Source: Candidatus Midichloria mitochondrii IricVA (lineage in GTDB: Bacteria; Pseudomonadota; Alphaproteobacteria; Rickettsiales; Midichloriaceae). From it: a stretch of DNA of 32,000 nt. The stretch lies in NCBI RefSeq assembly GCF_000219355.1, contig NC_015722.1, positions 690,001-722,000 of the forward strand, written 5' to 3'. Made by a program: the position numbers and the translations under genes. Each line of letters begins with the position of its first letter. The first letter of the stretch is position 1. Positions 1 to 8,373 of this stretch are shown piece after piece. The notes under the pieces are model-generated. The model worked only from the letters and a program-made list of their open reading frames with translations. It was not told where the DNA came from and ran no database searches.

Positions 1-572
1 ATATAAGACGTATTTTGTACCATAAAAGTAAAATCAGTTAAAGCTGGAGAATAAACAGCCCCACCAGCGCAAGGGCCCATTATAACTGAAATTTGCGGAA
101 TAACTCCTGAGGCATTAACATTCCTTTGGAAAATTTCTCCATAGCCAGAAAGAGAGTCAACGCCTTCTTGAATTCTAGCCCCGCCTGAGTCATTTATACC
201 AATTATTGGTGCTCCTAATTTAAGAGCCATATCTTGGATCTTTTGTATTTTTTTGGCATGTGCTTCACCAAGAGAGCCCCCCATCACAGTAAAATCCTGA
301 CTATACACGCAAACCAAACGGCCATTAATAGTACCGTAGCCGGTTACTACGCCGTCACCTGGTATAATATTATCCTGCATACCAAAGTTAGTGCATCGGT
401 GCTCAGCAAATGCATCAATTTCATTAAAAGAATCTGGATCTAATAGAACATCTAGTCTTTCGCGAGCAGTTAATTTACCTTGGTCATGTTGCTTATCTAT
501 GCGTTGCTGCCCACCACCTATTCTGCTGGCCTTTTTAAGGCTTTCTAATTTTGCATTTATTTTTAATAACAT
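1..572 (-). CDS. pccB: propionyl-CoA carboxylase beta chain / acyl-CoA carboxyltransferase, N-terminal part (gene runs past window start)
   Basis: Reverse translation from the ATG at 570-572 gives [181 protein letters not shown]. This is a near-textbook PccB/carboxyltransferase N-domain. The ORF is truncated by the window edge, so it is absent from the ORF track. The + strand ORFs 234-443 and 391-615 are its antisense shadows. Confidence 0.85.
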   Translation of the reverse strand, partial: MLLKINAKLESLKKASRIGGGQQRIDKQHDQGKLTARERLDVLLDPDSFNEIDAFAEHRCTNFGMQDNIIPGDGVVTGYGTINGRLVCVYSQDFTVMGGSLGEAHAKKIQKIQDMALKLGAPIIGINDSGGARIQEGVDSLSGYGEIFQRNVNASGVIPQISVIMGPCAGGAVYSPALTDFTFMVQNTSY

Positions 573-823
573 ATTTTATTTTACAAAACTGGATTTGGTA
601 GTTGTTTTTAGCTGAAAAACTTTATAATGACAATAATTATCTGCTCTGCCCTTAAATTATCGGCCTTTGATATTAGCATATTAAAGGACAAATCATTAAT
701 TTCAGTAAATTATTATTAACTCATTGGGATGACTTATTGCATTAAGCTGCGTTGCATGTTAAGACGTTGACTCGTTACAACTGTAACTTGTTGTAATTTG
801 TAAATATATAATAATTTAACGGA

Positions 824-1654
824 ATGATAGCTATGGAATCCTTACAAAATCAGTTATTAAAAATTGGCTTAGATAAAATCAGAGAAGAAATTTATAACAA
901 AGACCTGTTAAATACCGATTTAAATCAATGGTTGTACTATGCCGTAGTTACAAACTATAAAGAAATGGTAGAATTTTTAATAAACCAAGGAGCTAATATT
1001 AATCACATAGAGGAGCAAGATTCTATGCTGCATTATGCTATTAGAAAGGGTTTTTTTGATCTGGCAGAATTCTTTATAGAGAGAGGGGCAAATGTCAATA
1101 TAAAGGGTTTTAATGGAGATTTACCAATTCATTATGGAATTCACTCGGGAAATAATGCTTTTACCATGTTCTTAGTTCGAAATGGTGCCAGAATTAATAT
1201 TGGAGATGATTTTGGGGTAACTCCCCTACATTATGCATGCTTGTATGGAGATTCTACAATCATTAAATTTCTCATTCAAAACGGAGCCAATGTGAACGCA
1301 AAAGATAACTATAATAAATCGGTATTTTTTTATGCAATTAGCAGCAATAATTTTGAGGCAATTGAAATTTTAATAGACAATAATGCGGATATCAATGCTC
1401 ATAATAATGAAGGAAAAACTCCTTTCCATTATGCCTGTATATATAGTAACATCGAGATGATGCAGTTTCTTATAGATAGAGGGGCTTATATAAACATTAT
1501 AGATGAGAAAAATTCAACACCACTACACTATGTTTGTTACAACAGAAATGTAAAAAAGATTAAGTTTTTAATAGAAAATAATGCCAATACAAATATTAAA
1601 AATTATGCAGGCTATTTACCGCTTGATTATTGCCCTGACCTTGTTTTTGAGTAG
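824..1654 (+). CDS. ankyrin-repeat protein (about 7-8 ANK repeats), likely host-interaction protein
   Basis: The 276-aa ORF contains tandem ~33-aa units with the ANK signature, e.g. SMLHYAIRKGFFDLAEFFIERGANVNI, DLPIHYGIHSGNNAFTMFLVRNGARINI, VTPLHYACLYGDSTIIKFLIQNGANVNA, KTPFHYACIYSNIEMMQFLIDRGAYINI and STPLHYVCYNRNVKKIKFLIENNANTNI. Confidence 0.85.
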   Translation: MIAMESLQNQLLKIGLDKIREEIYNKDLLNTDLNQWLYYAVVTNYKEMVEFLINQGANINHIEEQDSMLHYAIRKGFFDLAEFFIERGANVNIKGFNGDLPIHYGIHSGNNAFTMFLVRNGARINIGDDFGVTPLHYACLYGDSTIIKFLIQNGANVNAKDNYNKSVFFYAISSNNFEAIEILIDNNADINAHNNEGKTPFHYACIYSNIEMMQFLIDRGAYINIIDEKNSTPLHYVCYNRNVKKIKFLIENNANTNIKNYAGYLPLDYCPDLVFE

Positions 1655-1836
1655 TGTAGGGAAGGGATACAGCTAAAGCAATATAAAAAGGAAGGAGATG
1701 TATTTGCAAAGAGATGACTATGGAGGCTTTGAAGAGGCGTCAGCTGACAAAGAGCTACCAATTTTCCTTGAAGTAGGGAGAAGTGGACTTCTAAAATTTA
1801 GTATTCTTTTTTATTCAGCTTTAGCTATAAATAAAG

Positions 1837-1866
1837 AGCTTCAGGTAGAGTGAGGCTTTTTGTTTG
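1837..1866 (+). terminator. possible rho-independent terminator downstream of the ankyrin gene
   Basis: agcttca (1837-1843) pairs with tgaggct (1851-1857), including one G.U pair, around a 7-nt loop, and is followed by tttttgttt. The stem is short and lies ~180 nt after the stop codon, so the call is weak. Confidence 0.3.
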
Positions 1867-1909
1867 CTAAAACAGCTTTTTATTAACTGAAGTAGTTTTG
1901 ACAATTTCA

Positions 1910-1937
1910 TTGACTTTTTTATTGCATTGGCTATAGG
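1910..1937 (+). promoter_or_regulatory. candidate sigma70-type promoter for tRNA-Ala
   Basis: TTGACT (1910-1915), a 16-nt spacer, then TATAGG (1932-1937), ending ~14 nt before the tRNA 5' end. A second TTGACA at 1898-1903 has a poorer -10 partner. Confidence 0.25.
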
Positions 1938-1951
1938 AAGCACGCAGAAGT

Positions 1952-2027
1952 GGGGCCATAGCGCAGTTGGTAGCGCGCTTGAATGGCATTCAAGCGGTCG
2001 GGGGTTCGATCCCCCCTGGCTCCACCA
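1952..2027 (+). tRNA. tRNA-Ala (anticodon GGC), CCA encoded
   Basis: The sequence folds by hand into a cloverleaf. The acceptor is GGGGCCA/TGGCTCC with the G3:U70 alanine identity pair, and the D-stem is GCGC/GCGC. The anticodon stem is CTTGA/TCAAG with loop ATGGCAT, giving anticodon GGC. The T-arm is GGGGG-TTCGATC-CCCCC, followed by discriminator A and CCA. Confidence 0.93.
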
Positions 2028-2166
2028 GGTTAAGTCAAGCTTTTCTCCAATGTAGTATTACTGTTCAAAAATTTATATGCTCCCTATATTCTCCTTTGAG
2101 ATTGAGTTATGGGCACTATGATTGCTATAAAAATTTCTTCCATAAAGATGTTTAGGAGGAAATGTT

Positions 2167-3532
2167 ATGCACAATATATTCTCCTCTTTTGCCACTTCCA
2201 GTAGAATAAACATTAATAATGAAGATAATAACTCCACTATTTTCTATAATTTTGTTGGTAATTTTATCCCTACTGAATGGAGCAATCTTTCATCTCATAA
2301 TGGTAAGATATTAAGTAAAACCGCAAGACAACTGCTATCTCTTATAGTATTCTGCATGCAAATCTATTACAACAATAGTATTGATGAACTCCGAGAAAAA
2401 CTCTATCAGTTCTTTGAAGAGTCTCTAGGTTGTCTGTCAAGAACGTGTAAGACAAGTGCTTACTTGAGCTAAAAAGGAGTGGCGTTATTGAAGTTTACAA
2501 AGCAACGGATAGTTAAATATGGCATTAAATGCCGTAATACTCCTTGTATTAAGCTAGCTAGAAATTTCCAACCTGCTTCTAGCAAAATACCACACGAAAA
2601 TGAAGAAAATTTTTCTTTAGCTCCAAAAAAGTTTTGGGTAAAGCCCAAAGAAATTTTGGGTCAACCCCATAGAATTTAAGAAGCATAAAAGCTGGTTCAA
2701 AAGGAAGAAATTAGCAGATTTTCATCCACTAAGCCAAGAAGATGCTGATTTATTACGAACAAAATCTAATCGTGAATTTAACCTGGACTTCATCAACAAA
2801 TTGCTTTTAAAGCTTGCAGGAGAATATTCTAATCATCATTTTGGCCACACAAGAAGGTGCTATCGGCTAAGGCTCTTGCTCATGGAGCTTGCGAGAAACT
2901 AATACAGCCAATAACGCTACGCTTCAGTTCAACTCTGGCGATGTAAACAAACCTAAAGAGCGACACTTAGATAAGATAGAAAGCAGCACTGACACTAGCA
3001 AACAAGCTGAGCTAAAACGTAAACTCGTCGGCGCTTTTGATTCTGATACTGCTCATGAATTGCCAAGCCCTTGCTGCCTTTTTGGAGTAGTTGATAATCA
3101 ACATCAAACAAAACTGCCGAAGAGGGTATTACGCTTTCAGGAGCGAGTCAAGATAGAATACTATAGCAATTACAAATGATCTATGGAAGAGGTGTTGAGC
3201 AGTTGGAAATCATAGCATTTGCTGAGCTTGAAGCTAATCAGCATAATACTGTAGATGAAAAACAAAATTACACACTGCAGCTCACTAAACAACCACATCC
3301 TGAGTCAGTATGGTACCAGGTGAGGAAAATTCTCATTGAACGTTATAACAAATATATCGATTTTAGTGTATTAAGTGAATTAGTAGTGGTAGAGGAAGAT
3401 ACAGCAAATAAGAAAATATTCCTTAAATCAACATCAGCTTTCAATGATTATTATGTCAGGAATCGTTATATGCAAGATCTAGAAGAAGCTTTTGAGACTC
3501 AAGGTTTTACTTTTGAATTGATTAGATTTTAA
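2167..3532 (+). pseudogene. plasmid/ICE-type replication-initiator-like gene (winged-HTH plus C-terminal DnaA_N-like domain), fragmented into at least 4 ORFs
   Basis: ORFs 2167-2472, 2479-2679, 2889-3179 and 3176-3532 sit in different frames but read as one protein. At the first junction an alternative frame restores an HTH-like LGVSVKNV.DKCLLELKKE. The stretch 2690-2880 reads KLADFHPLSQEDADLLRTKSNREFNLDFINKLLLKLAGEYSNHHF. The last ORF, WYQVRKILIERYNKYIDFSVLSELVVVEEDTANKKIFLKSTSAFNDYYVRNRYMQDLEEAF, matches the DnaA N-terminal domain pattern (W..v...L......f..w...L........l.l..p..F...wi...Y...i). Confidence 0.55.
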
Positions 3533-3612
3533 AACAACCAAAGCTTTGATATAGGGGACAATAAAGCATAAGAGACTGAGCCGTATCAGTTGAATGCTTC
3601 AATCTCTCTTTA

Positions 3613-3905
3613 GTATGGTAACAGAAAAGTGTTGCCACTCTTTTGTCCCCTGAAAACCGTGCATGACAGTTTCCCATCATACGGCTCAAAGCCTCTTTAA
3701 ATTTCATTTTATTGAAACCGCTTTTACCATTTGAACCTTGATTATGAACCTGTTTATGACAATTAATATGTAGCAGCCGGGTACATTGCCCTGATAGCTT
3801 CAAACAAAGAATTACTCCAATGCTTGATCAAGAGAGTAGACTACTATCGGTAGGACAACAGGTTAATCAAAGCTTGTAGCCGTTAAACAATCATATATAC
3901 GACCT
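3613..3905 (-). mobile_element. 5'-truncated group II intron remnant: end of the intron-encoded protein (HNH tail), domain V and domain VI
   Basis: The reverse strand of 3652-3687 reads GAGCCGTATGATGGGAAACTGTCATGCACGGTTTTC. This fits the domain V consensus (GAGCCGUAU-stem-GAAA-stem-ACGUACGGUUC), including the AGC catalytic triad and a GAAA tetraloop. The reverse strand of 3613-3651 folds as domain VI: ACAAAAGAGTG-GCAA-CACTTTTCTGT followed by a bulged A and CCATAC. Upstream, the peptide CTRLLHINCHKQVHNQG matches the LLH.NCH..vH end of intron-encoded HNH domains. No RT domain and no domain I are present. Confidence 0.7.
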
Positions 3906-3909
3906 CATG

Positions 3910-4720
3910 TCACACGTAATTGGTTATTATTACCTCGTTAGACATTTTATTATGTTCAGGCATAGAATATTTAACTTTAATGCTATTAATATTAAAATTA
4001 TTGTATAAGTTTCTAATAAAAGGAGTATTGCTATTAGAAATCATTATTTTAACACCTTCACTATTTAATTCTGTAGCAAAATCCCTAAGCCTAGTTTGCT
4101 CATTTTCATCAAAAGGTAATCTGGTATAGAATTTCTCACCTGCTTTATGATAAGGTGGATCAAAATACACAAAATCATCTTGTCGTGGTTCAATGAAAGA
4201 AAAGTCCATAGCGTAAATGGATGTACCAGCTAGAAGTCTACTGCATTGTTTTAGTCTAGATGCAATATCGGACTCACTATAATTCCTGCCAGAAAAAGTT
4301 TGAGCTGGGTTTCCATTGGTATTAACCCGGTAAATGCCTTTAAATGAATATCTATTAAGGTAGATAAATCTTGCAGCAATTTTTGCTGGATCATTACTAT
4401 CCTTGTTACTTCTAACTTGGTAATAATGCTCTTTAGAACGTCGTTCTTTACTGGAGTCCAGTAATTCACTAAACACCTCTTCATCAGGATCCCTCTTTAT
4501 AGTGTTGTAGCTGGTCACCAGCTCTAAATTAATATCAGATAGGAAGCAATGTTTAAAACTTATCTCTAACTTCAAAGAATAAAGCCCCACCACCAAGGAA
4601 GGGTTCGTAATAGTTTTTACTGACATAATCATTATTTATCTTTTTATTTCTACTAAAAATTATATCAAAAAGTAGGCTTAGATGCCAGCACAATGCTATA
4701 TTCAAAGGTATTTGTGATGA
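3910..4720 (-). pseudogene. Dam-class (D12, alpha-group) N6-adenine DNA methyltransferase, frameshifted with a degraded N-terminus
   Basis: The 240-aa ORF carries FVYFDPPYHKAG (motif IV, DPPY), RFIYLNRYSFKGIYRVN and CFLSDINLELVTSYNTIK, as in E. coli Dam. The AdoMet-binding motif I (YYEPFLGGGALFF) is encoded at about 4575-4615 but in a different frame, which hits a stop after EVRDKF. The expected KWAGGK-type N-terminus further upstream is unrecognisable. Confidence 0.75.
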
Positions 4721-4869
4721 TTTTCCATACGATAATATTTAACTAGTAATGTTGATATCATAGGATTGTTGAAAGTGAAAGATTCAAGACGAATGTCAGG
4801 ATATTAGTATTGCAACAGTCCTATTATAAATAGTGAAGTAGATTTACTTAGGCTTTCAAGGGATGATTT

Positions 4870-5455
4870 ATGATTGCTAGGTCTAATGATGTAGAACAGT
4901 TCATTATCAGTTGTCGTTATAGCAAAAGGTTAATTGATAAGCTTTTGTCAAAAAATAGGGAAGCTAACATTAAGGGTTGATTATAATAAAATCAGAAAAG
5001 CTATTTCATATAGCTCATAAGTATCACAGCAGTCAAAAAAGAGAGAACAGGAGAAATATATTGCTCACACCCCCACTAGAAGTGGCTTGTATTGCGGCTG
5101 ATTATTTGTTTAGAACCGATATAATGATTGTAACCATACTGCATGATTGCATAGAAGATACCGAGCTTACCAAAGAAATCATTGCTAAAGAGTTTGGTAA
5201 TAAAATTGCAGGTTATGTTGCTGATTTAACTAGAATCAAGCATGATAGGAAAATCAGCTCAGCAGAAATGGTAAAATTATGTGATCGATTGCATAATATG
5301 CGAACAATAGCGGCTAAATCGACAGATAAGATCCAGAAAACTACTTTAGAAACCCTGCCCTGGATACTTTTTTATTCATTGCTGCTTGTCTAGGTATGCG
5401 AAATCTTTATAATCAACCCTATGAGCGGTGTGCAGATATAATGACGAGCTACTGA
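4870..5455 (+). pseudogene. SpoT/RelA-type HD-domain (p)ppGpp hydrolase fragment with multiple frameshifts
   Basis: ORF 4977-5393 contains ILHDCIEDTELTKEIIAKEFGNKIAGYVADLT and KLCDRLHNMRTI, the HD-domain signatures. The expected GE.YI.HP block (EKYIAH) is readable only in another frame between two compensating shifts near 5045-5085. The C-terminal ETL..LDTFLFIAACLGM continues in a third frame to 5455. The N-terminal VDYNKIRKAISY is in yet another frame. Confidence 0.7.
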
Positions 5456-5679
5456 GTATTTTGACATTCAGTATAATTTGGGTAGCCTGAGTATTTCATT
5501 TATGGTGCACTAGTAATAAGCAAGCTAAAATTATTGATTCTGGTCATTAAATTTTTGATCAAAAATCTCTTTTCCGACTTGAGTCCATTGATCTTGAACG
5601 GCTGGATGCTGAATTAGCTCGTTCTACAGAGTTACCAAAGCTCCAAGTAAACTATTGGTAGGTAAACACGAAGTCAAGT

Positions 5680-5850
5680 TTTGCTTTCACAACTTAATCC
5701 TCCCATTTTGATTAAATGACGAGTACGAGCTTTTCTCTCTCTAATTTTCATTTTAGCCTCTTCCATAACTACTTCAGCCTTTTTCTGTTCTAATTTTAAT
5801 CTTTGTTTTATGACGTTATCCGTATATATAGCTTTTACAATTGATTGCTT
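5680..5850 (-). pseudogene. remnant of a small TraD(Ti)-like conjugal-transfer/mobilisation protein
   Basis: The reverse strand reads KQRLKLEQKKAEVVMEEAKMKIRERKARTRHLIKMGGLS, then shifts frame to VKAKLD. The RERKARTR.LI..GGL.vKA.L pattern is what I recall for Ti-type TraD proteins. The stretch is short and interrupted. Confidence 0.4.
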
Positions 5851-5937
5851 GGCCTAATCATCATGAATGCTGAATAAATTATGGGAGTCAAATCATTAAC
5901 TGATAATTATAAAAATCATTGTCAAATCATTTTTTAC

Positions 5938-6075
5938 ATCTTGTTATAATAGCCCGTGCTATACGTCCACCTGATTCAACAGCAGCTTCCATTGTACCTA
6001 TACATAGCTAATCGCCAGCAAGCATCACTTTTACCCCAGAAAACTAGCCGCGCAGTAATCTGTAGAGCTAATACC
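5938..6075 (-). pseudogene. C-terminal remnant of an FAD-dependent amine-oxidase/desaturase-like oxidoreductase
   Basis: The reverse strand reads FSGVKVMLAGD*LCIGTMEAAVESGGRIARAIIT. This resembles the conserved C-terminal ...AGD......g.meGAv.SG..aA..i motif of flavin amine-oxidase-fold enzymes. It has an in-frame stop and no upstream body. Confidence 0.3.
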
Positions 6076-6383
6076 CTATTTATAGACTGCCTTTTTTTCC
6101 AATCTTTCTCAAAGGTTGTACTTTAAATACTATCCACTTTAGCGCTTAAGCGAGAAGTGGGGACTGTATTTAAAGTTTTAGCTTTTTAACTTCTTCAAGC
6201 AATGCCAGCAAGAGTCGTCGTATTATAGGATACAACACTTTTGAGAAGTAGCAAGGGGTGCATCTTAAAAAAGGCTATAGTAAATTAACTAGCATTTGAT
6301 GAGTCACCGCTTAGTATTCGCTTCTATAGGCTGCATCACATTGAATTTACCGCCCTAGTGTATTCTTTTTAACAGAATTTACA

Positions 6384-7191
6384 GGGCATTGCCTAATATT
6401 TGATAGATAGAAGTTTCAAATCCAGCAGATGCCTATGGAAGAAGAGGGTAAGAGTAGCGCAAAGCATCCTCAGGAATTTGCTATAGCGCTTCGTTCTTCG
6501 ATTAAAACTAGCTAGATAATGCCTTAATTAAAGAATTCTTTGATTCTACCACAATGATGTCCCAGCCTTTGTTTCGTGATGGTGCGTGGAGATTTTATAG
6601 TATTCATAAACGCTGTAATCATCTGTACATGCTCATTTATAACGTTCCTCAAAGCCTAAATGACAGGTTCAGGTAGTTGCCTTACTCCCGTCACCTACTT
6701 CAAAATCAATAATTTCACCCGCTCCTCTATCAACTGCAATCCATATAAAGGTGTACTCCCCCCTTCCATTCTTTAGTCTTTTTTTATATATGTGCACAGC
6801 TCGTCAATCTCTAGGACCTCGATATCCTTAAGTGACTTCGTGCTGTTGCAGCTCTTATCTAACTTTTCTTGCACATAGCGCCCCCCGTCCTTCGATCCAT
6901 GAAGATATTTGGCTGTTATGGATTCCAGTCAGCCTCTCTTATCGTCCTAATCCCGCAGTCCTCAAGATTAGGTTTGTCTATCATTCATAGTGTATTTCTG
7001 TCGCTTATTACCTTCTCGGTAATTCTTTTTGCAATTCTTGCATCTATACCTCTGCTGTCCCTATACCACGCCACTCTTCACTTGCTCGCTAGAGCCGCAA
7101 TATTTACACTTAATTGTCATTTCTACTCCCGTTTTACTACGAAGACATCAACACCCTCTTATTGCTGTCTATAATTACCAGGCATTGCCCT
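6384..7191 (-). mobile_element. IS1-family insertion sequence (~0.8 kb) with a degraded insA/insB transposase
   Basis: Reverse translation from the ATG at 7118-7120 gives MTIKCKYCGSSEQVKSGVV*GQQRYRCKNCKKNYREGNKRQKY (InsA zinc finger) and a GIHNSQISSWI HTH-like stretch. This is followed by EVLEIDELCTYIKKK...YTFIWIAVDRGAGEIIDFEVGDGSKAT..., CTDDYSVYEYY..., ETKAGTSL.VESKNS... and NRRTKRYSK, the InsB DDE region. There are several in-frame stops and frameshifts. Imperfect terminal inverted repeats are agggcattgcctaatatt (6384-6401) and ataattaccaggcattgccct (7171-7191, reverse complement agggcaatgcctggtaattat). ORF 6869-7174 (+) is its antisense shadow. Confidence 0.7.
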
Positions 7192-7399
7192 CATCCAGGC
7201 CATTGTAATCCTCTTACTTTTAATTAATATATCTAATATGGCATATAATCTTTATAGCGAAGTTTTATCACGAGTTGCAACCAAAGAAAATATCGTACGT
7301 CTTGCTAACTTTTTATATAAAAATTTAAAAAGCAAGATTCTAATAAAGTACATATAAATTTGCGCTCCCCAGCACCAACTACTGACTTTGAACAAACTG

Positions 7400-8195
7400 C
7401 GTTGGACGGCTGGATAAGTGGAACGGTCGAAGATTTTTCTATAGATTTCAAAAATAGTGGTTACCCCAACCTGCTCCATAACTTCAGCTATTTTTACCAA
7501 CCCCTAACAAACATGCTCTTTTTGCCCCGCTTGTCAAATAACGCAGCCTATGCCAAAACTCTTTAAGAAGCCTGATGATAGCCTTAATGCCTCGATAGCA
7601 AAAGAGATATCCAAGGCTCCCACCTCAATTTATAATCCATTTGCTAAAAAAATATTTTGTTATAATGAGGGTATAAATATTCAATCTAATGCTAACTATC
7701 ATGATAAAAAGGGAAATATTCCAGATCTCTCTTATTCTACTGAACAAAACGACCATTTCACAATTTCAATTAACTTGTAGCGTAGGGATCAATACGTTAT
7801 GCATTTCGATTAACACTAAAAACATTTGTAACCAATATGTTACACGTTTGAGCATTGCCTAATATTTGACAGGCCTTCTATTCGGAGACCGGTGGTATAT
7901 AAGCAAAAACACTTAGCAATCAAGGTATTGAGCTCATCACATAGCTTAAGAAAAACATGAAAAACAAAACCAGCTTGCGGCTTTTAAACAACTGCTTCTT
8001 GCAGGGCGTGGATTGATTGAAACAGCCATCGGAGAATTGAAAGAGATTTGCCAAATCCAGCACACCACGGCATCGCTCGCCAAACAATTTCTTGGCAGAC
8101 TTCTTCTCGGGGCTCTTGGCTTATGTCTTCAAACCCAATATATCTCATGGAAAAATAGGATCGCTGGGCCTCTACTCCTTACGTCGAACTGAGGT
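7400..8195 (+). mobile_element. IS982-like transposase remnant (frameshifted); a second, more diverged fragment probably lies at about 6100-6385
   Basis: Spread over several frames are LFLPRLSNNAAY (cf. FP.L.SYNRF), DSLNASIAKEI (cf. IDST...V), GINIQSNANYHDKKGNI (cf. GFKLHl.in.kGEi), GLLFGDRWYISK (cf. G.l.GDKGYiS), RGLIETAIGELKEICQIQHT and GLLAYVFKPNISHG (cf. R..IET....LK....IeHsRHRS...NF...L.agLiAY...pKKPSi). Family assignment is from memory of these blocks only. Confidence 0.5.
8158..8195 (+). repeat. copy A of a ~35-nt repeat (exact 24-nt core ctactccttacgtcgaactgaggt, 8172-8195) at the 3' end of the IS982-like remnant
   Basis: ggatcgctgggcctctactccttacgtcgaactgaggt recurs at 20971-21005 as ggatcgcgtgcctactccttacgtcgaactgaggt. 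Confidence 0.8.
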
Positions 8196-8373
8196 TGTAT
8201 TAGTAGCAAGCTGCGCCGGCATTATAAAGGCTAGGATCCCATGAGGATGTGGTGGTACTATTGCCGCTTCAACTGAATTGGGCCTCCTTACTGTATTATA
8301 TATATAAACACATGGGGCTTCTGCGCTCTCGCTGCTTCAGCTCTTTCTTTAAGCGAATCAGCTTGTGGCCGCC

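Noticed and set aside
773-800. Inverted repeat TTACAAC-n8-GTTGTAA upstream of the ankyrin gene, considered as an operator site
   Set aside because: It is a 7-bp AT-rich stem in an AT-rich intergenic region with no convincing -35/-10 pairing around it. I cannot separate it from chance.
3522-3803. 93-aa ORF from the track (MKLSGQCTRLLHINCHKQVHNQG...SRMMGNCHARFSGDKRVATLF...)
   Set aside because: It is not an independent gene. Its first part is the last few residues of a group II intron HNH domain, and the remainder is domain V/VI ribozyme sequence read as protein.
7611-7630. ggctcccacc, resembling the tRNA-Ala 3' end (ggctccacca), considered as a possible attR direct repeat of the island
   Set aside because: The match is only about 10 nt with an indel, and it lies inside the IS982-like reading frame. 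That is too short to distinguish from chance. No longer copy of the tRNA 3' end was seen in the window.
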